Shown: positions 37,809 through 47,029 of the stretch, piece after piece
Layout of the letters: each line of letters starts with the position of its first letter
How positions within the stretch are numbered: the first letter of the stretch is position 1
From: Myxococcota bacterium
GTDB lineage: Bacteria; Myxococcota_A; UBA9042; PHBI01; JAWLBL01
Assembly (NCBI GenBank): GCA_041687695.1
Contig: JAWLBL010000001.1
Location: 419,461-483,460 of the forward strand
Length of the DNA: 64,000 bases
Direction: 5' to 3'
Notes under the pieces: generated by a model
Databases searched by the model: none
What the model was told of the DNA's origin: nothing
The model's input: only the letters and a program-made list of their open reading frames with translations
Position numbers and translations under genes: made by a program

Positions 37809-40800
37809 ATGCGGATGGGATGGTTGGGCGCGGCCTTCGTGGCGGTCCTGTGGCTGGGCGCGGGCTGCGGCGACGAGCCCCGCCAGAAGTGCGATCCGGC
37901 GAGCTGCGGGGCCAACGAGGCCTGCTCGACGACGAGCGAGACCTGCGAGTGCGTGTCGGGCTTCACGCGCGTCGACGGGGCCTGCGTCGACGACAAGACG
38001 GGCGAGTGCCCGGCCGGCCAGGACCGCGTGGGCGACGCGTGCCTGTCGGCGCGGATGGTGCCGTGCGCGGACGTCGCGCCCGACAACGCCACCAGCGACG
38101 TGGTCGACGTCGAGATCACCTACACGGACGCGGACGGCTGGACCGAGCCGGCCGAGTGCGCCTGGAGCTGCGACGCCGGCTACGGCGAGGCCGCGGGCCT
38201 GTGCGCGACCAAGCGCGCCGTGGCGTGCGTCGACATGGCGCCGGCGAACGCGACCAGCATCCCCGACGAGGTCGAGGTGTCGTGGTCGGACGAGACCGGC
38301 TGGCCGGCGGCGCCCCCCTGCGAGTGGGCCTGCGACGCGGGCTACGGGCAGGTCGACGCCGTGTGCCTGAACGAGCGCGAGGTGGCCTGCGAGGACGAGG
38401 CCCCCGCCAACGCGACCTCGACGGCCGGCCCCGTGACCATCACCTACACGGACGAGGGCGGCTGGACGACGCCCGCGGCCTGCGCGTGGGCCTGCGACGC
38501 CGGCTTCGCCGAGGTCGACGGCGCCTGCGTGAACAGCCGGATGGTCGCCTGCGTGGACGAGGCGCCCGACGACGCCACCAGCGAGGTGGTCGATGTCGAG
38601 ATCACCTACACGGACGAGGGCGGCTGGACGACGCCCGCGGCCTGCGTGTGGGCCTGCGACGCCGGCTTCGGCGAGGTCGACGGCGCCTGCCTGGCCAGCC
38701 AGATGGTGGCCTGCGCCGACGCGGCCCCCGACAACGCGACCAGCACGGCCGCCGACGTCGAGATCGTCTGGTCGGACGACACCGGCTGGCCGGCGCCCGC
38801 CGCGTGCGAGTGGAGCTGCGACGCCGGCTACGGGCCGGTGGGCGAGGCGTGCCTGGCCAGCCAGATGGTGGCCTGCCTCGACGCGGCCCCCGACAACGCG
38901 ACCAGCGTGGTCGCCGACGTCGAGATCGTCTGGTCGGACGACACCGGCTGGCCGGCGCCCGCCGCGTGCGCGTGGGGCTGCGACGCCGACTTCGCCCTGA
39001 CCGACGGTGCCTGCATCGACAGTCAGCAGGTCGACTGCAACGACGCCGCCCCGGCCAACGCCACCAGCACTGTGGCCTCGGTCACCATCACCTACACCGA
39101 CGCCGGCGGCTGGACCGCCCCCGCCGACTGCGAGTGGGCCTGCGACGCCGACTTCGCCGACATCGACGGCGCCTGCCTGAACAGCCAGCAGGTCGATTGC
39201 GCCGACGTGGCCCCGGCCAACGCCACCAGCACGGTGGTCGCCGTCGAGATCACCTACACCGACGCCGGCGGCTGGACCGCTCCCGCCGACTGCGCGTGGG
39301 CCTGCGACGCCGACTTCGCGCTGGTCGACGGCGCCTGCGTGAACAGCCAGCAGGTCGACTGCAACGACGCCGCTCCGGCCAACGCCACCAGCACCGTGGC
39401 CCAGGTCACCATCACCTACACCGACGCCGGCGGCTGGACCGACGCCGCCGACTGCGCCTGGGCCTGCGACGCCGACTTCGCGCCCGTCGACGGCGCCTGC
39501 GTGAACAGCCAGCAGGTCGACTGCAACGACGGCGCCCCGGCCAACGCCACCAGCACCGTCGCCCAGGTCACCATCACCTACACCGACGCCGGCGGCTGGA
39601 CCGCCCCCGCCGACTGCGCGTGGGCCTGCGACGCCGACTTCGCCCTGGTCGACGGCGCCTGCGTGAACAGCCAGCAGGTCGACTGCAACGACGCCGCCCC
39701 GGCCAACGCCACCAGCACCGTCGCCCAGGTGACCATCACCTACACCGACGATGGCGGCTGGACCGCCCCCGCCGACTGCGCGTGGGCCTGCGACGCCGAC
39801 TTCGCCGATGTCGACGGCGCCTGCGTGAACAGCCAGCAGGTCGACTGCTCCGACGTGGCCCCGGCCAACGCCACCAGCGAGGTCGTCCAGGTCACCGTCA
39901 CCTACACCGACGCCGGCGGCTGGACGGACCCGGGCGCGTGCGCCTGGAGCTGCGACGTCGACTTCGCGCAGGCGGACGACAGCTGCATCGACAGCGAGCT
40001 GGTCCCCTGCGCCGACGTCGCGCCCGCCAACGCCACCAGCGCCGAGCAGATGGTCGAGATCACCTACACGACCGCCGGCGGCTGGACCGTGCCGGCCGAC
40101 TGCGCGTGGACCTGCGACAGCGGCTATGCGCCGGCGGACGGCCAGTGCGTCTCCGGCCAGCTGGTCGACTGCAAGGACGTGGCGCCCGACAACGCGACCA
40201 GCGTCGTCGTGCAGGTCGCCATCACCTACGACGAGGCGACCGGCTGGTCCGAGCCGGCCGACTGCGAGTGGACCTGCGACACCGACTTCGGCCAGGTCGG
40301 CGACGCCTGCGTGGACACGCAAGAGGTCGACTGCGCCGACGTCGCCCCCGACAACGCGACCAGCGTCGTCACGACGGTCACCATCACCTACTCGAGCGAC
40401 GGCGGCTGGACCGAGCCCGAGGCCTGCGCCTGGTCGTGCGACGCCGACTTCGCCGAGGTCGACGGCGCCTGCCTGAACAGCCAGCTGGTCGCCTGCGTGG
40501 ACGTGGCCCCGGCCAACGCCTCCAGCGTCGTCGTCCCGGTCGAGATCACCTACACCGACGCCGACGGCTGGACCGCCCCGGCGGCCTGCGCCTGGGAGTG
40601 CGACCTCGACTTCGCCCTGGTGGACGGCGCCTGCATCGACAGCCAGGTCGTGCCCTGCGCCGATGAGACGCCGGCGAACGCGACCAGCGTCCCGTCGACG
40701 GTGACCATCACCTACACCACGGCCGGCGGCTGGACGGCCCCCGAGGCCTGCCTGTGGTCCTGCAACGCGGACTACTTCTTCGACGGCGCGGCCTGCATCG

Positions 40801-42320
40801 ACACCGATCTGGTCCCCTGCCAGGACGTCGCCCCGGCCAACGCCTCCAGCGAGGTGGTGCTGGTCGAGATCACCTACACCGACGCGACCGGCTGGACGAC
40901 GCCGGCCGAGTGCGCCTGGTCCTGCAACGCGGACTACGCGCTGGTCGACGGCGAGTGCACCGACTTCCAGATCGTCACCTGCGCCGACGTCGCTCCCGCG
41001 AACGCGACCAGCATCGAGGAGGAGGTCTTCATCATCTACTCGGACGCGACGGGCTGGAGCGACCCCGACCCCTGCGTCTGGGTGTGCGACGCCGACTACG
41101 ACGAGACGGTCGACGGCCAGTGCATCAACGTGCGCATCGAGCCCTGCTTCGACGTGGCGCCGGCCAACGCCACCAGCGTGGTGGTCGACGTCGAGGTGAC
41201 CTACACCGACGCGAACGGCTGGGCCCTTCCGGCCGACTGCGACTGGGACTGCAACCTCGACTACGCCGAGATCGACGGCGCCTGCGACAACGAGATGCTG
41301 GCCGAGTGCCTCGACCAGGCCCCGGCCAACGGCACCTCGATCTTCGACTACGTCATCGTCACCTACACGACCGCGGGCGGCTGGAGCGAGCCCGAGGCCT
41401 GCGAGTTCGAGTGCGACGCGGGCTTCCACCCCTGGGAGGACATCTGCGCCGCGAACGTGAGCATCGACTGGTGCATCACCCAGTGGCCGCTGGACATCAC
41501 GACCTGGGTGGGTGACGAGACCAACGTCTACGGCGTCGTCTACTCCGAGCAGGGCACCTCGGAGATGGGCCAGCTGGCCGGCATCACCGCCATGGTCTGC
41601 TTCCGCACCGAGCCCATCACCGGCGGCCCGATCGACCCGGCGACGCTGACCTGCACCGACGCCATCTACAACAAGGACATGGGCAACGACGACGAGTACT
41701 GGGCGACCGTCACCTTCCCGGCGCCGGGCGACTACCACTACATCGTGGCCTTCTCCGGCGACGGCTCGCAGACCTACACCTACTGCGACCTGACCGGCCC
41801 CATCGACGGCGAGGTGGCCTGGCCGGGCCCGGCCACCGTCTACGGCCCCGAAAACGGCAGCTTCGAGCGCTGGAACTTCAGCGGCACCGAGCCGATGGGC
41901 TGGACCGCCGACCCGGATGTGGGCGTCGAGCGGTCGCTGGACGTCTTCCGCAGCGGCGAGGCGTCGGTCAAGCTGACCCGCGGCTCGACCAACAACAGCA
42001 ACCTGGACTTCATCTCGGAATGGGTCCCGGTCACGCCCGGCGTCCCGGTTCGCCTGGGTCTGTGGTTCTACGACAACACCGTGGACGCCCGGGGCCGCCT
42101 CATCTACGAGTGGGGCAACGCCGACATGACCTCGGCCGGCGCGCCGACCTACGGCGGCTACACCAGCAACTCCGACAGCTGGCAAGAGCTGACGACCACC
42201 GTCACGCCTGGCGCGTCGCACCACTACGTGCGCGTCCTGACCCGCGTCTACAACGACTCGGGCGCCAGCACGGGCGGCTTCGTCTACCTCGACGACGTGA
42301 CGGTCACGCCGCAGCCCTGA
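37809..42320 (+). CDS. Large lipoprotein with about 21 tandem 54-aa four-Cys repeats and a C-terminal CBM-like domain
   Basis: Lipobox GAGC; repeat C.D.AP.NATS....V.ITYTD..GWT.PA.C.W.CDA.F..VDGAC with a 162-bp period from 38064 to about 41450; terminal NGSFERW...YLDDV jelly-roll-like domain. Confidence 0.9.
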   Translation: MRMGWLGAAFVAVLWLGAGCGDEPRQKCDPASCGANEACSTTSETCECVSGFTRVDGACVDDKTGECPAGQDRVGDACLSARMVPCADVAPDNATSDVVDVEITYTDADGWTEPAECAWSCDAGYGEAAGLCATKRAVACVDMAPANATSIPDEVEVSWSDETGWPAAPPCEWACDAGYGQVDAVCLNEREVACEDEAPANATSTAGPVTITYTDEGGWTTPAACAWACDAGFAEVDGACVNSRMVACVDEAPDDATSEVVDVEITYTDEGGWTTPAACVWACDAGFGEVDGACLASQMVACADAAPDNATSTAADVEIVWSDDTGWPAPAACEWSCDAGYGPVGEACLASQMVACLDAAPDNATSVVADVEIVWSDDTGWPAPAACAWGCDADFALTDGACIDSQQVDCNDAAPANATSTVASVTITYTDAGGWTAPADCEWACDADFADIDGACLNSQQVDCADVAPANATSTVVAVEITYTDAGGWTAPADCAWACDADFALVDGACVNSQQVDCNDAAPANATSTVAQVTITYTDAGGWTDAADCAWACDADFAPVDGACVNSQQVDCNDGAPANATSTVAQVTITYTDAGGWTAPADCAWACDADFALVDGACVNSQQVDCNDAAPANATSTVAQVTITYTDDGGWTAPADCAWACDADFADVDGACVNSQQVDCSDVAPANATSEVVQVTVTYTDAGGWTDPGACAWSCDVDFAQADDSCIDSELVPCADVAPANATSAEQMVEITYTTAGGWTVPADCAWTCDSGYAPADGQCVSGQLVDCKDVAPDNATSVVVQVAITYDEATGWSEPADCEWTCDTDFGQVGDACVDTQEVDCADVAPDNATSVVTTVTITYSSDGGWTEPEACAWSCDADFAEVDGACLNSQLVACVDVAPANASSVVVPVEITYTDADGWTAPAACAWECDLDFALVDGACIDSQVVPCADETPANATSVPSTVTITYTTAGGWTAPEACLWSCNADYFFDGAACIDTDLVPCQDVAPANASSEVVLVEITYTDATGWTTPAECAWSCNADYALVDGECTDFQIVTCADVAPANATSIEEEVFIIYSDATGWSDPDPCVWVCDADYDETVDGQCINVRIEPCFDVAPANATSVVVDVEVTYTDANGWALPADCDWDCNLDYAEIDGACDNEMLAECLDQAPANGTSIFDYVIVTYTTAGGWSEPEACEFECDAGFHPWEDICAANVSIDWCITQWPLDITTWVGDETNVYGVVYSEQGTSEMGQLAGITAMVCFRTEPITGGPIDPATLTCTDAIYNKDMGNDDEYWATVTFPAPGDYHYIVAFSGDGSQTYTYCDLTGPIDGEVAWPGPATVYGPENGSFERWNFSGTEPMGWTADPDVGVERSLDVFRSGEASVKLTRGSTNNSNLDFISEWVPVTPGVPVRLGLWFYDNTVDARGRLIYEWGNADMTSAGAPTYGGYTSNSDSWQELTTTVTPGASHHYVRVLTRVYNDSGASTGGFVYLDDVTVTPQP

Positions 42321-42481
42321 CCGGCCTGACCTGCCCTCCCCCGCGGCCCGGGAGCGACTCGCTCGCCCCGGGCCGCGGCTCTTTGGCAGGCCCGCGACGC
42401 CCCCACCCCCGGCCGCGTGCCCAACCGCCCGTGGTGCCTAGCGTTTCGGCTGGGGAGACGACAAGTGGGAGGGGGACCACC

Positions 42482-43105
42482 ATGAAGCTGGAAGCCTTCA
42501 TCGACGAGGTGCGCCGCAACGGCCAGCTGCCCAGCGAGGCGCAGGCCGAGCGCGCCGTCCACGCGACCCTGGCGACGCTGAGCGAGCACGGCGCGTGGAT
42601 CGACACGACCCGCAGCGAGCTGCCCGACGAGCTGCGCCGCTACTTCCAGGCGCCTGCCGCCGCCGCCATGGCCCAGGGCGAGGACGACGAGGGCCAGCGC
42701 CGCGTGCGCCCCGGCCAGCCCGCCCCGGACGACCTGGTCGGCGGCGAGCGCCCGGCCGGCCACAACCCGACCTTCAGCCCGGCCAACTTCGCGGTCACGC
42801 CGCCGACGACGTCCACGTCGCCCAAGGTGCCCGGCGAGGACCGGCCGCCGGCCTCCTCGATGCGCGAGGCCCGCGAGCGCGACGGGCGCCGCGGCCGTCC
42901 GCAGCGGCGCCGCCGCCTGGACGCCTTCCTCGACCACGTCGCCGCCCGCGAGGGCCTGAGCGACCCGTCCGAGGCCGAGGCCCACGTCCGCGCCGTCCTC
43001 GAGGCCCTGGGCCGCGCCCTGGACCAGCCGCAGGTCGACACCATCCGCGAGCGCGTCCCGGAGCTGTCCGAGATCTGGCGCCGCGGCGAGACGCCAAGCG
43101 CTTGA
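42482..43105 (+). CDS. DUF2267-like protein with a low-complexity internal insertion
   Basis: Two related halves, FIDEV...AERAVHATLATL and FLDHVAAR...AEAHVRAVLEAL. Confidence 0.7.
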   Translation: MKLEAFIDEVRRNGQLPSEAQAERAVHATLATLSEHGAWIDTTRSELPDELRRYFQAPAAAAMAQGEDDEGQRRVRPGQPAPDDLVGGERPAGHNPTFSPANFAVTPPTTSTSPKVPGEDRPPASSMREARERDGRRGRPQRRRRLDAFLDHVAAREGLSDPSEAEAHVRAVLEALGRALDQPQVDTIRERVPELSEIWRRGETPSA

Positions 43106-43113
43106 GGGCCCAC

Positions 43114-43141
43114 CCGTAGCGCCCCACCCCGGGCGCTACGG
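43114..43141. terminator. 11-bp stem-loop after the DUF2267 gene (terminator-like or GTAG-type REP-like)
   Basis: CCGTAGCGCCC-cacccc-GGGCGCTACGG; no U-tract. Confidence 0.45.
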
Positions 43142-43172
43142 CCCCGCGCGCCGGTGGGATGAGGAGACGTCG

Positions 43173-43800
43173 TCGGGGACTGGGGACTTGCGCAGGGCGA
43201 GTGGGGAAACCCGTTTCGGCGCTGGGGAAGCGCGAGCGGCCCGTGTGACGCTCGATCGGGCCCTGAAGCGTCGCGATCGGTCTCTGTGGCGCTCGATCGG
43301 GCGCCGGGAACTTCGGTAGCGGGCTGGGGCCACGCGATCGGGAACTGGGGCTCCCGCAGGGCGAGTGGGGAAACCCGTTTCGGCGCTGGGGAAGCGCGAG
43401 CGGCCCGTGTGACGCTCGATCGGGCCCTGAAGCGTCGCGATCGGTCTCTGTGGCGCTCGATCGGGCGCCGGGAACTTCGGTAGCGGGCTGGGGCCACGCG
43501 ATCGGGAACTGGGGCTCCCGCAGGGCGAGTGGGGAAACCCGTTTCGGCGCTGGGGAAGCGCGAGCGGCCCGTGTGACGCTCGATCGGGCCCTGAAGCGTC
43601 GCGATCGGTCTCTGTGGCGCTCGATCGGGCGCCGGGAACTTCGGTAGCGGGCTGGGGCCACGCGATCGGGAACTGGGGCTCCCGCAGGGCGAGTGGGGAA
43701 ACCCGTTTCGGCGCTGGGGAAGCGCGAGCGGCCCGTGTGACGCTCGATCGGGCCCTGAAGCGTCGCGATCGGTCTCTGTGGCGCTCGATGGGGCGCCGGG
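43173..43800. repeat. 164-bp intergenic tandem array, about 3.8 copies
   Basis: Identical units start at 43191, 43355, 43519 and 43683; both edges are degenerate. Confidence 0.97.
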
Positions 43801-43811
43801 GCCTCGGCGAA

Positions 43812-44429
43812 TCAGGGTGGGGTCGGGGCGCCCAGGCGGCCGCGGGTCCACAGGGTCCGCTCGACGACCAGGTCGAAGACGCGCTCGAGGGAGGCCTGCA
43901 CGTGGGCGCCCTCGAGCAGGCCCATGGCGCGAGCGATGGCCTCGAAGGTGGCCAGGCCGTCGTCGCGCGTCTCCTGCCGCAGGCGGTAGCGGGAGGGGGG
44001 GCCGGGGGGGAGGCGGACGTAGGTCACGTCGGCGAGATCGCGCATGCGGCCGGCGACGCGGGCGGCCTGGCGCCAGTTGCCGTCGGGGACCACCAGCGTC
44101 AGCGGCCGCGGGTCGGCGGCCGCGAAGGCGGGGCCCAGCTCGACCGAGTCCTCGGTGGGGAACAGGACCGCGGTGCGGCGCTCGGGGGTGACCAGCGCGG
44201 CGTAGTCGAGCGGCTCGTCGGGGCGGCCGCGGACCAGCAGCTGCGAGTTGGCCAGCGCCAGGCGCGCCAGGTGGCCGGTGTTGGTGGTCTTGGTGGTCTC
44301 GCGCTTGTGCATGACCAGGACCAGCCGCGTGGGCAGGTCGTGGCGCACCACGTCGCCGCACACGCACAGGTGCGGGTGCATGCGGCAGAAGGGACAGCGC
44401 GGGGCCATCTTGGTGCGTTGACCGCCCAT
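43812..44429 (-). CDS. DTW-domain tRNA-uridine aminocarboxypropyltransferase (TapT-like)
   Basis: RCPFC...LCVC, H..E..KTTNTG.LA, PDGNWRQA (DxTW variant), YRLR, LATFEAIA. Confidence 0.85.
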   Translation of the reverse strand: MGGQRTKMAPRCPFCRMHPHLCVCGDVVRHDLPTRLVLVMHKRETTKTTNTGHLARLALANSQLLVRGRPDEPLDYAALVTPERRTAVLFPTEDSVELGPAFAAADPRPLTLVVPDGNWRQAARVAGRMRDLADVTYVRLPPGPPSRYRLRQETRDDGLATFEAIARAMGLLEGAHVQASLERVFDLVVERTLWTRGRLGAPTPP

Positions 44430-44640
44430 GGGTGGGCCGAATGCCACGGATGGCGGCGGAACCAAAGAAAAAACGGGCTCGTGGAGCACAATCGCGGCTG
44501 GCGCCCCGGGCGGCGCAGGCGACAGGCGCACGCTGAGGGGAGAACGCAAAAAGCCGACCCGGGCGCGTGGCCCGGGCCGGCTCGAGTCGGTCCGCGGAGC
44601 GGGGCGGGCGCTCAGGCTCGCCCCGGCTCACGCGCTCGGA

Positions 44641-46161
44641 CTACCACTTCTCGGGCTGCGCACCCGGGGCGCGGCGCTGCGGCACGTCGACGCGCGGGGG
44701 CGCCGGGCAGCGCGGGGCCGGCCCGCGGATGACGTCGAACTCGACGCGGCGGTTGAGGCTGCGGCCCTCCGCGGTGGCGTTGGTGACGAGCGGGTCACCC
44801 TCGCCGTAGCCGCGCACCGTGACGCGGGCGGTCTGGACGCCGTTGTCCAGCAGCACCTGCTCGACCGTGCGGGCGCGGCGCAGCGACAGGTCCATGTTGT
44901 AGTCGGCCGGGCCGGTGTGGTCGGCGTGGCCCTGGATCTCGATGAGCTCGATCGCGGGGTTGGCACGCAGCAGCTCGGCGATCTCCTCGATGGCGGCCTC
45001 GGAGCCCGCCTGGAGCTCGGCGCGGTTGTACTCGAAGAAGATGCGCTCGCACAGCTCCTCGAGGCGCGCCTCGACGTCCTGCACGATCTCCTCGTCCTCG
45101 GGGCACATCACGACCGGCTGGGCGACGTCGCCCATCAGGTCCGGGCACCCGTCGGGGCCGGAGCCCCACTGGGTCGGGCACAGGTCGGCCACGTCGGGGA
45201 TGCCGTCGCGGTCGGTGTCACGCGAGATGTCGATGACCTCGCGCTCGACGATGTCCATCTCGGGGGCCAGGTTCAGGCCGATGAACGCGCGCCAGTCGGG
45301 CGTGCCGTAGCCGCTGTTGAGGCCGGCGCCGCCGCCGATGGTGACGGCCACCGTGTCGAAGGCCTCGAAGCGCGCCGCGCCGTTGATCTCGACGGGGCTC
45401 GTGGCCTCGCTGACCGCCACGTCGTTGTCGACGGCGGTGCGGCCGGCGACCTCGGCGATGAGCTCGAGGGTGTCCGGGGCCGGCGAGACGGCCAGCGCGC
45501 CCTTGTAGGTCAGCTCGTTGTCGACCTGGAGCGACTCGAGCTGCTGCTTCTCGCGCACCAGGAAGCCGACGTTCGCGCCGAGGCGGATGTACTCGTTGAA
45601 CTTCCACTCACCGACGCCGTACGGGTGGAAGGCCCAGCCGTCGTTGCCCTGGAAGTTCCGCTCGGACCCGGTCGGGATGTAGACGTCGCCGGCCACGGCG
45701 AACCCACCGCCGCGGTTCTGGCGCTGCGAGTCGCCGAAGAGCTGGATCTTGGGCGTGATGCGCAGGTCACCGATGCTCGTGTCGAGATCCCGGGTCGGCA
45801 GCGTCGTCGAGCTCTCCTCGTCCACCACCCAGGCGACGGGCATGCCCACGCCGATCTGGAAGCGGTTGAACAGGCCGAGCGCGGCGGTGAAGTCGGTCGT
45901 GAGCTGGTGCTCGATGAGCGACGCGTCGCGGCCGGTGAGCGGGTCCTCGATGCGGAGTAGATCGTTCGAGTAGTGCGTGAAGGCGCCGAACGACGGGGTC
46001 AGGTGCGGCAGCACGGCGGCGCCGTCGGCCTGGATGTAGTTCTCATTCGAGCCCTGCGCGGGCTGGAACGTGTTGGCGTTGATCGAGCCAACCTGCGCGT
46101 TGGCGGTCGCGAGGGGCACCGCCGTCAGCATCGTGAGGAGCAGGGTGCGAACCTTCTTCAT
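44641..46161 (-). CDS. OmpA-family outer-membrane protein (beta-barrel, TSP3 motif, OmpA-C), paralog 1
   Basis: Signal peptide; GDLRITPK; DTDRDGIPD..DLCP; GHADHTG...YN.DLS.RRA..V; NRRVEF. Confidence 0.92.
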   Translation of the reverse strand: MKKVRTLLLTMLTAVPLATANAQVGSINANTFQPAQGSNENYIQADGAAVLPHLTPSFGAFTHYSNDLLRIEDPLTGRDASLIEHQLTTDFTAALGLFNRFQIGVGMPVAWVVDEESSTTLPTRDLDTSIGDLRITPKIQLFGDSQRQNRGGGFAVAGDVYIPTGSERNFQGNDGWAFHPYGVGEWKFNEYIRLGANVGFLVREKQQLESLQVDNELTYKGALAVSPAPDTLELIAEVAGRTAVDNDVAVSEATSPVEINGAARFEAFDTVAVTIGGGAGLNSGYGTPDWRAFIGLNLAPEMDIVEREVIDISRDTDRDGIPDVADLCPTQWGSGPDGCPDLMGDVAQPVVMCPEDEEIVQDVEARLEELCERIFFEYNRAELQAGSEAAIEEIAELLRANPAIELIEIQGHADHTGPADYNMDLSLRRARTVEQVLLDNGVQTARVTVRGYGEGDPLVTNATAEGRSLNRRVEFDVIRGPAPRCPAPPRVDVPQRRAPGAQPEKW

Positions 46162-46975
46162 GACTTCCCTCCAAGCGGGGTCGACAGCGCGAGAGGGGGC
46201 ACGCCAGGACGCGCTTCGGCGGGGCGTGGCTGCTCGCGTCTCAGGGGAGTGGGGGAGCCGGCGCGTGGCGGCGACGCGGGTCGCCCGGGAAGTGCGCGCT
46301 GGCGGACCGTCGGCGGCCCCGGTGCGTGATGGCGAGCCGAGTCAGCGCTTTGGCCGGGTGTCCCCGTGAGGGGAGGCGCCGGAGCGAGCGTGTCGGGGAG
46401 CCAACCAGCGTTCGGGACGCGGGGGCGCGAGGGGCGCCCTGGGTTCCTTCGGTCGGGGTGGGAAAGACGTGGTGTCGGGTGCTTCGGCGGCTCGGATTGA
46501 GCCAGAGTGACTCGGGGATGAGGTTCCCCTCGCCGGGGTGTCTCGCCAGGTCGGTGGGAGCCGACCGGAAGCGGCGAGCAAGTTCGATGTGACTATCGTT
46601 AAACACGTTCCCTGCGCCGGTAAACCCCTGGAATCGCGTGAAGTGAGGGGTCGCATTCGTCGGGCGCGCCGTTGTTGGGCCAGATGGGATTCCGAGGCGT
46701 GATCCCCGAGCCCCGATCCGACCCTGCAGCGCGGCCCCTGTGCAGCCGCGGGCACCTGGCAAGAGATTGGGCGTGAATGTGCCGCGGCGGGCGCCCGGAG
46801 TGCCAAAGAACGCAGCTGACGGGGCTGGCCACTCTCGCGGCGCGATCGCGGCGCGCGCGGGGACAGTGGACAGGCCGGACCGCTGCCTTCGGGGATCGGA
46901 CGGGGCGGGCCGCGGGAGCCCCCCGTGGCGGCCTCGAGGGTCGCGCTGCAGGGGCCAGGGGGCGCCGCCAAACGG

Positions 46976-47011
46976 CCGAGGCCGGCGCCGCGGGTGCGAC
47001 GCCGGCCTCGG
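46976..47011 (-). terminator. 12-bp stem-loop downstream of ompA paralog 2
   Basis: CCGAGGCCGGCG...CGCCGGCCTCGG, 18 bp after the stop codon. Confidence 0.5.
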
Positions 47012-47029
47012 ACCAGGGGAAGCCCTCGA

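Noticed and set aside
43173..43800. CRISPR array or protein-coding interpretation of the 164-bp array (65-aa ORFs)
   Set aside because: Units are identical with no unique spacers, no cas genes are present, and the period breaks the reading frame.
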